NCBI RefSeq assembly: GCF_963921235.1
Contig: NC_086097.1
Coordinates: 234,052,001-234,116,000 of the forward strand
Length of the DNA: 64,000 nt
Direction: 5' to 3'
Source of the DNA: Mobula hypostoma
Lineage: Eukaryota
Positions 1-13,723 of the stretch are shown here, in pieces. Every line of letters begins with the position of its first letter. Position 1 is the first letter of the stretch. The notes beneath the pieces were generated by a model. It was not told the DNA's origin. It worked only from the letters and a program-made list of their open reading frames with translations, and did no database searches. A program made the translations under genes and the position numbers.

Positions 1-164
1 CACCACAAGGAGCATTTGGTACTTCAAACTCCCGAAATTAAAACACAGATGAATTATACATCAAGCACAAATAAGTGTTTTAATCTTGAAATGACTTCAG
101 CTAATACTTATGGCGTATTAATAGTAAACTGCTGTAAAATAATTCTTTATGTGCAAACATTTAC

Positions 165-1095
165 AGTCATGGAGTCATAGAACACTACAGCACAGAAACA
201 GGTCCTTCAGCCCATCTATTCCATGCCAAACTATTATTCTGCCTAGTTTCATCAATGTACAATCAAACCATAGCCATCCGTGTACCTACCCGATTTTCTC
301 TTAAATGTTAAAATTGAACTTGCATCCACCACTTGTGTTGGCTGACAGTTTGTTTGACATTCTCACTATGGTCTGCGTGATGTTCCCTCTCATGTTTCTC
401 TTAAACATTTCACTTTTTGCCCTCAACCCATGATCTCTATTTCTAGTCTCTCCCAACCTCAGTGGGAAAAGCCTGTTTGCATTTACTCTGTCTATACACC
501 TCATAATTTTATATTATCATCATCATCATTACGTGCGTGTCGTATAATGTATGCGGTCATGATCTCATGATCATGACTATTCCAGGCAAATTTTTCTGCA
601 GAATTGGTTTGCCATTGCCTTCTTCTGGGCAGTGTCTTTACAAGGCAGGTGACACCAGCCATTATTAGTACTCTTCGGAGATTGTCTGCCTGGCATCAAT
701 GGTTACATAACCAGGACTTGTGATATGCACCAGCTGTTCAAGCGACCATCTACCACCTATCTTATGACTTCATGTGACCCTCATCGGGAAGCTAATCAGG
801 TGCTACACCTTGTCCAAGTGTGACCTGCAGGCTAGCTCCTTTGGTAAAATTGTATCTCCACCCACCACCCATATAATTTTATACACCTCTATCAAATCTT
901 CGCTCACTCTCCCACACTCTAGGAAGTAAAGTCCTAACCTATTCAGCCGCTCACTATAACTCGGGTTCTCAAGCAACATGCTTGTTAATTTCCTCTGAAT
1001 TCTTTCAAAACTTATTGATATCTTTCCTGTAGGTAGCCAGAACTGCACACAATACTCCAAATTAGGTCTCACCATCGTCATATACAACTTCAGCA
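165..1095 (-). mobile_element. CR1-clade LINE 3' fragment (ORF2 C-terminus + 3' UTR), interrupted by an insertion at 514-872
   Basis: ORF 803..1096 has the CR1 C-terminal motifs LYxxxVRPNLEYCVQFW and DLIEVYKI. A microsatellite-type tail lies at ~165-185. Confidence 0.85.
514..872 (-). mobile_element. Short non-autonomous retroposon, probably RTE-related, with (TGA)n tail
   Basis: Flanked by the 11-bp TSD ATAATTTTATA (503-513, 873-883). The minus strand has GAAGAAGGCAATGGCAAACCA, resembling RTE/BovB-derived segments. It has no ORF. Confidence 0.65.
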
Positions 1096-2349
1096 TTTGT
1101 CTTTGTTTCTTATAATAATACGATTGTCCACATATCTAGGAGCATTTCAGGTTATTCACTGTGTCTTATAGATTTTTTGTATAAAACAACTTATTGCAGT
1201 ATCTTTTTTTTCCTTCCGGTCAGCATGTGAAATTTTTCAAGGTGACACACGTTTATATTCATCCACTAGGAGCTAAAGAAAAATGTGTTTGTGCAAAACT
1301 CCTCTCTCCACCTTAATGCATTGCAAATACTGTGTACAAGCATTGTGACACTTGTGCCCAATCACTCTTTTGAAAGTAATTATGTGGGATTGTAATATGC
1401 ATGTATTTGCTGCATTGTCCCTGCCTGCCAACCTCCACCATCTGTCCATCACTGTTGCTTTTTCAGAAGACACCGGTAATAGCATGCAGTGTTGTCATGT
1501 AGTACAGGATACACCATAGAACTACGTTCCTCCTAGTGTGGTAGACATCTGTCATCTGTGAAACTTAAGCATGAATTCTCTGACTCTTGAAGACTTCTTG
1601 AAACTGGGTTTGTGCATTATTGATTAACTAAATATATTGTTATCTTTTAACCAGAGACAATTAAACCACAGACATTGATCAATTGACTGATCATTTACAC
1701 AGCAATCAATCACCTGTAAATCTTCCACCAGTAAATTCAAAACTGGTAAAGTGAAAGAAATGATGAGCAACACGAGATTAGTTATGGATAGGAGCATTCA
1801 TGACAAAATGGAGTCTTTATTTACTTTTCTGGACATAGGAATAGCCAACAGGAATAGCTTATTAATACTTATTGTCTCTCGTTAATTGGTGGTGAGTTAA
1901 TTATCTTTCCAAAATTGTGCAAAGATATTCCCTTTGTTCTATCCATCATTCCCTCCACTCTTTCTGTAAATTAAAACTAACTTGTTCCACACTTTCCAAG
2001 TTCTGATGAAGTATCCATGATCTGAACGATTAACTCTTTCTCTCTCTCTTTCCTGATGCTGTCTGACCAGCTGGGTATTTCCAGGATCTTTTTTTTGTTT
2101 ATTTTTATTTCAAATTTTCAGAATTTTCTGTTTCTGCTTTAACTTTCACCTATAATTCAGGTATTGTTTCCAGTTAGGACACTGGTTAAGAACCTAAATA
2201 TAAAAGGATTTGCAGGGTTTGTAGAGAAGATAAGAGGGTAAGATTGGCCGAACTGCTCATCTCTGGAGTTATGGATACAATATGGAAATAGGCTCTTCAG
2301 CCCTGACAGTCAACTGCTCCCCACCATTGAACACACTAACACAAAACAC

Positions 2350-2812
2350 TGCAACAGGAGGGCAGCATTCACCATCAGGGACTCCCACCACCCGGGCTAT
2401 GCTCCTTTCTCGCTGCTGCCATCATGAAGAAGGTAGAGGAGACTCAGGACTCACACCAACAGGTTCAGGAACAGTTACTACCCCTCAACCATCAGGCTCT
2501 TGAACCAAAGGGGATAACTTCACTCAACTTCACTTGTCCCATCAGTGAAATGTTTCCACAACCTGCGGACTCACTTTCAGGAACTCGACATCTCATGTTC
2601 TCAATATTTATTTATTATTATTATTTCTTCCTTTTTGTATTTGCTCAGTTTGTCGCCCCTTGCACACCCATTGAATGCCCAAATAAGTGTAATCTTTCAT
2701 TGATTCTGTTATGGTTATTATTTTATGGATTAATTTAGAATGCCCACAAGAAAATAAATTTTTGGGTTGTATATGTTGACATTTATGTAGTATGTGAATA
2801 AATTTACTTTGA
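2350..2812 (+). mobile_element. 3' end of a Rex/Babar- or L2-type LINE (related pieces at ~18215-18680, 20330-20538, 30850-31185, 62120-62500)
   Basis: Encodes the C-terminal remnant THTNRFRNSYYPSTIRLLN. It ends in AATAAATTTACTTTGA, shared with the other copies. Confidence 0.65.
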
Positions 2813-3148
2813 AAAATAGAAACATAGAAACAGAGAAAACCTAGAGCACAATACAGGCCCTTCGGTCCACAAAGTTGTGCTGAACATGTACTTACTTCAG
2901 AAATTACCTAGGGTTACCCATAGCCCTCTATTTTTCTAAGGTCCATGTACCTATCCAGGAGTCTTTTAAAAGACCCTATCATATCAGCCTGCACAACTGT
3001 TGCTGGCAGCTCATTCCACACACTCATCACTCTCTGTGTAAAAAAAGCTTATCCCTGACATCTCCTCTGTACCTACTTCCAAGCACCTTAAAGCTGTGTC
3101 CTCTCGTGTTAGCCATTTCAGCCCTGAGAAAAATCCTCTGACTATCCA

Positions 3149-5707
3149 TATAACCATATAAACATGTAACAATTACAGCACAGAAACAGGCCACCTCGGC
3201 CCTTCTAGCCTGTGCCGAACCCTTACTCTCATCTAGTCCCACCGACCTGCACTCAGCCCATAACACTCCATTCCTTTCCTGTCCATATACCTATCCAATT
3301 TTCCTTTAAATGACAATATCGAATCTGCCTCTACCACTTCTACTGGAAGCTCATTCCACACAGCTACCACTCTCTGAGTAAAGAAGTTCCCCCTCGTGTT
3401 ACCCCTAAACTTTTGCCCCCTAACTCTCAACTCATGTCCTCTTGTTTGAATCTCCCTACTGTCAATGGAAAAAGCCTATCCACGTCAACTCTATCTATCC
3501 CCCTCATCATTTTAAATACCTCTATCAAATCCCCCCTCAACCCTCTACGCTCCAAAGAATAAAGACCTAACTTGTTCAACCTTTCTCTGTAACTCAGGTG
3601 CTCAAACCCAGGTAACATTCTAGTAAATCTTCTCTGTACTGTCTCTATATTGTTGACATCTTTCCTATAATTCGGAGACCAGAAATGTACACAATACTCC
3701 AAATATGGCCTTACCAATGCCTTGTACAATTTTAACATTACCACCCTATCCACATGAGATTCCACCTTCAGGGAACAATGCACCATTATTCCTAGATCAC
3801 TCTGTTCTACTGCATTCTTCAATGTCCTACCATTGACCATCTATGTCCTACTTTGATTAGTCCTACCAAACTGTCGCACATCACACTTATCAGCATTAAA
3901 CTCCATCTGCCATCTTTCAGCCCAGTCTTCTAACTGGTCTAAATCTCTCTGTAAACTTTGAAACCTACTTCATTATCCACAACGCCACCTATCTTAGTAT
4001 CATCTGCATACTTACTAATCCAATTTACCACCCCATCATCCAGATCATTAATGTATATGACAAACAATATTGAACCCAGTACAGATCCCTGAGGCGCATC
4101 ACTAGTCACCGGCCTCCAAACTGACAAACAGTTATCCACCACTACTCCCTGGCATCTCCCATCCAACCACTGTTCAATCCATTTTACTACTTCCATATTA
4201 ATACCTAACAATTGAACCTTCCTAACTAACCCTCCATGTGGAACCTTTTCAAAGGCCTTACTGAAGTCCATATAGACAACATCCACTGCTTTACCCTCAG
4301 CAACTTTCCTAGTAACCTCATCAAAAAATTCAGTAAGATTTGTCAAACATGACCTTCCACGTACAAATCCATGTTGCCTGTTCCTAATCAGACCCTGTCT
4401 ATCCAGTTAATTATAAATACAATCTCTAAGAATACTTCCCATTAATTTACCCACCACTGATGTCAAACTCACAGGCTGATAATTGCTAGGTTTACTCTTA
4501 GAACCCTTTTTAAACAATGGAACAATATGAGCAATACGCCAATCCTCCGGCACCATCCCCGTTTCTAATGACATTTGAAATATTTCTGTCAAAGCCCCTG
4601 CTATTTCTACACTAACTTCCCTCAAGGTCCTAGGGAATATCCTGGAAGGACCCAGAGACTTATCCACTTTTATATTCCTTAAAAGCGCCAGTACTTCCTC
4701 TTCTTTAGATTATGAAGACACGTAGTTCTTTTTTATTGTCATTTAGTAATGCATGCATTAAGAAATGATACAATATTTCCTCTGGTGTGATATCACAAAA
4801 CACAGGACAGACCAAGACTGAAAAAACTGACAAAACCACATAATTATAACATATAGTTACAACAGTGCAACAATACCATAACTTCATGAAGAAGTCCATG
4901 AGCACAATAAAAGTTCAAAGTCTCTCAAATGTCCCACATCTCACACAGATGGGAGAAGGAAGAAAAACTCTCCCTGCCATGCTGACCACAGTCCGACTCT
5001 GAGTCATCTGAAAACTTTGAGATCTGATCAGCTCTCCAACACCGAGTACTGAGTGCCATCTCTGTTCGAAAGATTCGACCTCAAACTCCGTCGCCAACAG
5101 CAGGCAAAGCCGCGGATTTTGAGGCCTACCCTCCCAAGATTCCCGACCACGCAGTAACAACAGCAGCGAACGAGAGTTTCAGAAATTTCTCCAGATGTTC
5201 CTCTGTGCTTTCACATCCATTCTCCATCAAATCAGAATTGTCCACAGCCCCTATTTAACAGATACAATATTATTTTTCACCGGAGGGCTGCGCACGCGCA
5301 GGCACGCTGCTCTCTCTCCTCCCTTCCCCCCTTGCATCTAGTTTAAATCCACTAGAGCCTCTCTAGAAAACCTACCTGCAAGAATATTTGTCCCCCTCTA
5401 GTTCGGATGTAAACTGTCCTGCCAGAACAGGTCCCACTTTCCCTGGAAAACTGCCCAGTTCTCTATAAATCTGAAGCCCTCCCACCTGCACCATGTCTTC
5501 AGCCACGTGTTGATCTGTGTTATCTTACTACTTCTAAACCCGCCTGCATGTGGCACTGGTAGCAATCCTGGAATTGTTATACTGGAGGTCCTGTCCTTTA
5601 ACTTGGCGCCTAATTCCCTAAACTCACCTTTCAGGACCTCCTCATTCTTCCTACCCATGTCATTGGTCACTACATGGACCACGACATCCGGCTGCTAACC
5701 CTCCCTC
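3149..5707 (-). mobile_element. Second CR1 copy nested in the first (ORF1 esterase remnant + ORF2 RT)
   Basis: Host CR1 is interrupted at CTATCCA (3142-3148) and resumes at CTATTCA (5708-5714). ORF 3939..4346 has YMDFSKAF, PQGSVLG and KYADDTK. ORF 5398..5682 has SGNH-like HVVTND...DSLHPN. Confidence 0.88.
4705..5330 (-). mobile_element. Non-autonomous ~0.65-kb retroposon, family A copy 1
   Basis: Reverse complement of the copies at 34381, 44088 and 56490. It shares the 3' end GACAATAAA...CATAATCTAA. Confidence 0.8.
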
Positions 5708-5836
5708 CTATTCACACGATCAATGCCTCTCATCATCTTATACACCTCTATCAGGTCACCCTCATCCACCGTCGCTCCAACGAGAAAAGGCCAAGTTCAC
5801 TCAACTTATTCTCATAAGGCATGCTACCCAATCCAG

Positions 5837-7193
5837 AATCAGAATCAGGTTTATTATCACCAGAATGTGACGTGAAATTTGTTAACTTAGCAGCAGCAGC
5901 AGCTCAATGCAATAGCAGAAAGAGAAAAAAGATAACAAATAAAATAATACATAATATTAAATAAACAAGTAAATCAATTATGTAAATTGAATAAATATTT
6001 AAAAAATATGCAACAACAGTAATACTGTATATTAAAAAAAGGTGAGGTAGCGTCCAAAGCTTCAATGTCCATTTAGGAATTGGATGGCAGAGGAGAAGAA
6101 GCTGTTCCTGAATCACTGAGTGAATGCCTTTAGGCTTCTGTACTCGTACCTGGTGGTAACAGTGAGAAAAGGGCATGCCCTAGATGCTGGAGGTCCTTAA
6201 TAGTGGACGCTGCCTTTCTGAGACACCACTCCCTGAAAATGTCCTGGGTACTTTGTAGGCTGGTACCCAAGATGGAGCTGACTAGATTTATGACCCTCTA
6301 CAGCTTCTTTCGGTCCAGTACAGTAGCAACCCCCCCCCCCACCCCCCGCCGCCACCATACCAGACAGTGATGCAGCCTGTCAGAATGCTCTCCACGGTAC
6401 ATCTATAGAAGTTTTTGAATGTATTTGTTGACATGCCAAATCTCTACAAACTCCTAATGAAGTATAGCCACTGTATTGATATGTTGAGACCAGCTTAGAT
6501 CCTCAGATGTCTTGACACCCAGGAACTTTAAGCTGCTCACTCTCTCTACTTCTGATCCCTCTATGAGGATTGGTACGTGTTCCTTTGTCTTACCCTTCCT
6601 GAAGTCCACAATCAGCTCTTTTGTCTTACTGACATTGAGTGCCAGGTTGTTGCTGCGGCACCATTCTACCAGTTGGCATATCTCACTCCTATATGCCCTC
6701 TCGTCACCACCTGAGGTTCTACCAATAATGATTGTTTTGTCAGCAAGTTTGTTGATGGTATTTGAGCTATGCCTTGCCACACAGTCATGTGTATAGAGAG
6801 AGTAGAGCAGTGGGCTGAGCACATACTCCTGGGGTGCGCCATTGTTGATTGTCCATGAGGAGGATATGTTATCACCATTCCTCGCAGATTGTGGTCTTCT
6901 GGTTAGGAAGTCTAGGTTCTAATTGCAGAGGGAGGTACAGAGGCCCAGGTTCTGCAACTTCTCAATCAGAATTGTGGGAATGTCGGTATTAAATGCTGAG
7001 CTATAATCGATGATCAGCATCCTGACATAGGTGTTTGTGTTGCCTAGGTAGTCTAAAGCCAGGTGGAGAGCCATTGAGACTGCATCTGCCATTGACCTAT
7101 TGTGGCAATAGTCAAATTGCAATGGGTCCAGATCCTTGCTGAGGCAGGAGTTCAGTCTAGTCATAACCAACCTCTCAAAGTATCATCCTGGTA
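5837..7193 (-). mobile_element. Rex/Babar-type LINE, 5'-truncated, inserted in CR1
   Basis: ORFs 6919..7170 ([15 protein letters not shown]) and 6454..6822 (LSPLLYSLYTHDC, LNVSKTKELIVDFRK). (TGATTC)n tail. TSD AATCCAG at 5830-5836 and 7194-7200. Confidence 0.85.
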
Positions 7194-9879
7194 AATCCAG
7201 GCAAAACCTTGTAAATCTCCTATACAACATTTCTATAGTTTCCACATCCTTCCTGTAGTGTGGTGACCAGAACTGAGCACAGGAATCCAAATGGGGTCTG
7301 ACCAGGGTACTATATAGCTGTAACATTAGCTCTCAGCTTTTGAACTCAATCCCACGGTTGATGAAGCGTCAGAGTCAACCACAGAGTCAACCTGCGCAGC
7401 AGCTTTGAATGTCCTATGGACCTGGACCCCAAGTTCCCTCTAATCCTCCACACTGTCAAGAGTCTTACCATTAATACTATATTCTGCCATCATATTTGAC
7501 CTACCAAAATGAACCACCTCGCACTTATCTGGGTTGAACTCCATCTGCCACTTCTGAGTCCAGTTTTGCTTCTTATTGATGTCCTTCTGACAGCATCCTA
7601 TTGATATCTTTCTGACAGCCCTCCACATTATCCACAAGACCTCCAACCTTTGTGTCATCAGCAAATTTACTAACCCATCCCTCCACTTCCCCATCCAGGT
7701 CATTTGTAAAAATCACGAAGAGAAAGGATCCCACAACAGATCCCTGAGGCACACCACTGGTCTCTGACCTCCATGCAGAATATGACCTGTCTACGACCAC
7801 TCTTTGCCCTCTGTGAGCCAGCCAATTCTGGATCCACAAAGCAATGTCCCCTTGGATTCCATGCCTCCTTACTTTCTCAATAGGCCTTGCCTGGGGAACC
7901 TTATCAAGTGCCTTGCTGAAATCCATATACACTGCATCTACTGCTCTACCTTCATCAATGTGTTTAGTCACATCCTCAAAAAATTCAATTAGGCTCTTAA
8001 GGCACAACCAGCCTTTGACAAAGCCATGCTGACCCTTCCAAATCATATTACGCCTCTCCAAATATTCATAAATCCTGCCTCTTAGGATCTTTTCCATCAA
8101 CTTACCAACCACTGAATTAAGACTTACTAGTCTATAATTTCCTGTGCTACCTATACTCCCTTTTTCGAATAAGAAAACAACATCTGCAACGCTTCAATCC
8201 TCCAAAACCTCTCCCGGACCCACTGATGATGCAAAGATCATTGCCAGAGGATCAGCAGTATCCTTCCTCACCTCTTGTCCGGTCCCGGAGACTTATCCAA
8301 CTTGATGCTTTCCGAAAACTCCAGCATATCGTCTTTCTTAATGTCTATATGCTCAAGGTTTTCAGTCCACTGTAAATCATCCCTACAATTGCCAAGATCC
8401 TTTTTCATAGTGAATACTGAAGCAGAGTATTCATGAGGTATCCCTGCTATCTCCTCTGGTTCCATACACACTTTCCCACTGTCACACTTGATTGGCCCTA
8501 TTCTCTCACATCTTATCCTCTTGCTCTTCATATACTTGTAGAATGCCTTGGGGTTTTCCTTAATCTTGCTCGCCAAGGCCTTCTCATGGCTCCTTCTGGC
8601 TCTCCTAATTTCATTCTTAAACTCCCTCCTGCTAGCCTTATAATCTTCTAGATCTCTATCATTATCTAGTTTTTTGAAGCTTTCGTACGCATTTCTTTTC
8701 TTCTTGACTAGATTTTCAACAGCCTTTGTTCACCATGGTTTCTGTACCCTACCGTTCTTTCCCTGTCTCATTGGAATGTACCTATGCAAATAGCCCCTGA
8801 ACATTTGCTATGACCGCTGGCTGTTCACCTTCCTGCTTCACATGTCGTGGATGTGATCAGAAATATCCTGGACCCCAGCACCTTGGAGGCAAACTACCGA
8901 TCCGTGTTTCTTTTCTGTGTCCACAGAATCTCCTGACCCCCTAACTATAGAGACCCCTATTACTATTGCCTTCTTCCTTTCCCTACCCTTCTGAGCCACA
9001 GGGCCATACTCTTTGCCAGAGGTGTGGCCACTGTTGCTTCACCCCAGGTAGCCAGCCCCCCCCCCCAACAGTACTCAAACAGGTGTACAGGTACTGATTG
9101 TTAAGGAGGACATCTACAGAGGTACTGTCTAGTACCTGACTCTTGCCTTTCCCTCTCCTGACTGATACCCACTTATCTGTCTCTCAAGGCCCCAATGTGA
9201 CTACTTGCCTATAGCTCTTCTCTATCACCTCCTCACTTTCCCTGACCAGACAAAGGTCATCAAGCTGCAGCTCCAGTTCCCTAACCCGGTCCCTAACAAG
9301 CTGCAGCTCGATGCACCTGGTGCAGCTGTGGCCTTCCGGGAGGTTGGGAATCTCCCGGACTTCCAACATCTGACACCTAGTAAGAACACCAGCCTCACAG
9401 ACATACTTTCTGTTTCTATTCTTCACAGCTAACCTACCTTGCTTCAACCCATTTTCACCAAAGCCCCATTGAGCCAAAGCCCTCCTACTCTGACTCCCCC
9501 TATACTGTTGCCTGCTCTAGAAACCTCTTTCCTTTTTATCTCTTCGCGCTTATCTAACTCACTGACATCCATGTGCTTGCGCAGTCATCTCTCGATCAAA
9601 ACTTTGAACTTTGAACTCGTTTAACTCTAATCTATGTCAAGTCCATTTTTTATTCATTCATATTTTCTTCAGCAGTTCTCAGACCCAGCTGCTCACCTAC
9701 ACATTGGTGTCAGTCTACAGTGGCCAATTGACCTCCCAACCCACACATCATTGGAGGAAACCAGAGCTGCCAGATAGAATCAGCACAGTATCAGAGAGAA
9801 CATGCAGACTCCACACAGACAGCATTGGAGGTCAGGACTGAACTTGAGACTGTGACGCTGTGTACCTGCTCTATAATTA

Positions 9880-10255
9880 GACCATAAGACACAGGAGCAG
9901 AATTAGGCCACTTGGCTCATCGAGTCTGCTGTACCATTCCATTATGGCTGATTTATTATCCCTCTCAACACCATTCTCCTGCCTTCTCTCTGTAAGCTTT
10001 GGTGCCCTGACTAATCTAGAACTTATCAAACTCTACTTTAAATATTCCCAGTGATTTGGCCCCCATAGCCATCTGTGGTAATGAAATCCACAAATTCACC
10101 ACCCTCTGACTAAAGAAATTTCACCTCATCTCTGTTCTAAATGAATATCCCTCTATTCTGAGGGTGTGCCGTCTGGTCCTAGAATTTCCAGTTATTAAAT
10201 TTTCTCCACATCTATTCTATTTAGACCTTTCAATAATGGATCAGTATCAATGAGA
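9880..10255 (-). mobile_element. CR1 3' end fragment
   Basis: Typical CR1 3' UTR and tail (reverse of ...GCTCCTGTGTCTTATGGTCT) and a decayed VVNLW motif. Confidence 0.75.
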
Positions 10256-10664
10256 TGCCCCGCCAATAAATCAATAATACATTTTATGAGGAAAATTGGA
10301 GAATTGGAGAGGTAGCATATTTATCCACTGAGTAATTGAAACAATACAAAAAAGACCCATTACTCAGCGACACAAAGGACATTATTTAAGATTAAATGTG
10401 GTCTACTATTGGTGCTATGTTTTGTAGACGTGATAGAAAACATAAGTAGAAGCTTAACAGTATTCTAGTGGCTACAGGTTAATTGCATGAAAGTCTAATA
10501 TGAACCATAATGATTATGTTAAATTGTATCTTGTTATGGTTCATATTCCTCCAAAAGGGTCACATTTTTATTGTGGTTTGGAGGCTTGTGTACCTCCATG
10601 ACACAGAGAGCTATGTTGACTGGAGTTAAGGTTTTATGATTTGACTTTTGGTAAGGTCACCTGA

Positions 10665-11085
10665 TGTTGAGTGTTGAGCGCAAGGCTGATCTATCTTGCT
10701 TTAGTGCAGCTTCTCGTCACCATCTAAAATTCTGCCAGTTGTTGTGTCATCAGTGAATTTATAGATGGCATTTGAGCTGTGCCTAGCCACATAGTTGAGG
10801 GTGTAGAAAGAGTAAAGCAGTGAGCTAAGCATGCATCCTTGAGGTGCATCAGGGCTGATCAGCAGCAAGGAGATGTTGTTTCTGATCCGCACAGACTGGT
10901 CTCCCAATGAGGAAGTCAAGGATCCAGTTGTAGAGGGAGGTACAGAGGCCCAGGTTTTGGAGCTTGTTGATTAGAACTGAAGGTATGATGGTGATGAATG
11001 CTGATTTGTAAACAATAAACAGCAGCCTGACAAAGGTATAGCTTCTGTCCAGTTGATTCAAGGCCAAGAGAAGAACCAATGTGAG
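10665..11085 (-). mobile_element. Rex/Babar-type RT fragment
   Basis: ORF 10701..10919 has APQGCMLSSLLYS and YKFTDDTT. ORF 10849..11079 has VRLLF...LYNWILDFL. Confidence 0.75.
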
Positions 11086-12066
11086 ACCTGGTCAGAGGAC
11101 TCTCCACTAATCCTGAAACTTAATTCACATTCTCTGCTAATTCCCACAACCCTTATATGCAAAAGTCTGTGCAGCACAGGATTAAAACAGATTCAATAAC
11201 TGAATAGTTATAGACATCCATACAGAAAGTTTTGCAGCCCTGTGAAATTTCTCCCCATCCCACTCCCCAGAGATTATTTCTCCTGGTTCTCGGTCCTCCA
11301 ACCTGATGTTACAAACTATTATTACCTATCCTCTTAACACTTCTCAGGATCTTTGAAGTTTCAATGAGATCGTCTCTTATTCTTATAAATTCCACTAACT
11401 GTGACTATAGTTATTTCTCTGCAAGGAATCCATCATTGGAATTATCATTGAGGGGCTGTTGGGCATTATACAACTGATACTTTCTTCCCTTGGATTTTGT
11501 TTAGAGTGCCAACCCTTTCATACTTTACTGTACTTTCTCCAGTGATGTGAGATGTAACCAGTGAATGGTAAACCGAAAATTTACCATTAACTCCAAGGAG
11601 CTGCTTGATAATTTATCGATTAGTAGAAGTTAAGTATCAAGGATCAAGAGTCAGCTATATTCACTGTACACATTTACATGTATTAGGAACTTGTACATTC
11701 TCCCATGGTCCAAAACGATACTCGTTGATAGGTTAATTTGCCAGAGCAAACTGTCCCATGATTAGGATAGGATTAAATTGGGGCGCAGCTGGAAGTCAGG
11801 AAGGGATTATTTCATGCCGCATCTCAATAAAAATACATAAAATTTGCTGCGGTGTGTTGGTCAGAGCATGACATACAGTGAAAAGCAACAATTATCAAGT
11901 ATAAAGAACGATATAAAAATAAAGTTAGAGGTGAAGAAAGGATATGGAATAAAATGCGCATAAATACTAGCATTTTAAAAAGTGTTTGCGACGTCAGCTG
12001 TAATCAGACTAATCAAGGGATTAGTGTCAACCTTAAAGACAGGTCAAGAAATATTGGGTAGCCTAA

Positions 12067-13723
12067 GGCTACGTCCACACTTGATCGGATAATTTTGAAA
12101 ACACCAGTTTCACGTAAAAACGATAGGCATCCACACCAAGCATTTTGGAAAATACCTCCGTCGACATTAAAATGGGTATTTGGGCGAATCTCCTCCTACT
12201 GGGCATGTGCAGGACACGCAGAAAACAAGCGAAGAGGAAACGGTCTACTTGGTGTGCGCTAGTCCAGTTACAGACTAGAAAAATTTAAAAGGAAATTGCC
12301 AAACGAAAGACTTGGCGCATGTTTGTCCAGAAACATTTCTTACAACCATAGTCTCTTCACTGATGAAAGGGATGACAGCTACAACTAAATGCTTGTCACT
12401 GGGCAAAAGTAAAAGTAAAAGTAAAAATTTGCTGTTACCTCATTTGTTTGCCTTTACTTTTGCCATGTTTTTGTGTATTATTTTGCTGTATTTAACATGT
12501 GCAATGAAACGAGTTACTGGGCAAAAGTGACAATTGCATCTATTGAATGTTTGCACAAGCAATACATTAATAAAGCACCTTGTTAAATGTATAAAACATG
12601 TCTGCATCAGTGTTATCTTGTATTTCCATTCAATGTTACATTAGGCTGTTACACATCTATTGTCAGATATTTTTGTTGTGGTGTTGGAGGTTGCGTTCAA
12701 GAAAACAATGAAATGCCACGCTGCTGCCACCATTTGTTCCGGCACGTCAAAAACAGGAAAACAGATTATTATCTGAATGGTTGCCGATTAGGAAAAGGGG
12801 AGGTGCAACGAGACCTGTACACCAGTCATTGAAAGTGGGCATGTAGGTACAGCAGGCGGTGAAAAAGTCGAATGGTATGCTGGCATTCATAGCGAGAGGA
12901 TTCGAGTACAGGAGCAGGGAGGTACTACTGCAGTTGTACAAGGCCTTGGTGAGACCACACCTGGAGTATTGTGTGCAGTTTTGGTCCCCTAATCTGAGGA
13001 AAGACATTCTTGCCATAGGGGGAGTACAAAGAAGGTTCACCAGATTGATTCCTGGGATGGCAGGACTTTCATATGATGAAAGACTGGATCGACTAGGCTT
13101 ATACTCGCTGGAATTTAGAAGATTGAGGGGGGATCTTATTGAAACGTATAAAATTCTAAAGGGATTGGACAGGCTAGATGCAGGAAGATTGTTCCCGATG
13201 TTGGGGAAGTCCAGAACGAGGGGTCGCAGATTAAGGATAAAGGGGAAGCCTTTTAGGACCAAGATGAGGAAAAACTTCTTCACACAGAGAGTGGTGAATC
13301 TGTGGAATTCTCTGCCACAGGAAACTGTTGAAGCCAGTTCATTGGCTATATTTAAGAGGGAGTTAGATATGGCCCTTGTGGCTAAAGGGATCAGTGGGTA
13401 TGGAGAGAAGGCAGGTACAGGGTTCTGAGTTGGATGATCAGCCATGATCATACTGAATGGCGGGGCAGGCTCAAAGGGCCAAATGGCCTACTCATACACC
13501 TATTTTCTATGTTTCTATGTCATGACAGCGTTTTTAAAACTAGCCGGTTACCCCGTACACACTAAAATGCCCAATCGGCGTTTTCAGATTTAAACACTCT
13601 GGAGAGTATTTCAGAAAAACTTTGTTTTTGGGGGATGAAAACACTGTTTCAGTGTGGACGGAGGGTCAAAGCGAAGAGAAAAAGCTTCGATTATGGATTT
13701 ATCCAGTCAGTGTGGACGTAGCC
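12067..13723. mobile_element. Non-autonomous PIF/Harbinger-like DNA transposon containing a CR1 insertion
   Basis: Perfect 15-bp TIRs GGCTACGTCCACACT (from 12067) and AGTGTGGACGTAGCC (to 13723). Flanks are TAA and TTA (TWA target). Confidence 0.8.
12750..13518 (+). mobile_element. 5'-truncated, relatively young CR1
   Basis: Open 189-aa ORF2 C-terminus at 12859..13428 and a CTATGTTT tail. Short TSD GTCA (12746-12749, 13519-13522). Confidence 0.9.

Larger units (their letters stand above)
2815..9600 (-). mobile_element. Near full-length degenerate CR1 LINE (5' UTR, ORF1 remnant, ORF2 RT, 3' tail) hosting nested insertions
   Basis: ORF1 Cys/leucine-zipper remnant at 9184..9477 (CTRCIELQLVRDRVRELELQLDDL). 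RT motifs YMDFSKA, GVPQGSV and KFADDTK at 7573..8112. (CTATGTTT)n-type tail at ~2815-2830. Confidence 0.9.

Noticed and set aside
7572..7620. ~25-bp tandem duplication
   Set aside because: Local slippage inside a decayed CR1, with no functional sign.
12747..13451. 234-aa minus-strand ORF, and similar ones such as 39817..40395
   Set aside because: Antisense shadow of a CR1 coding frame.
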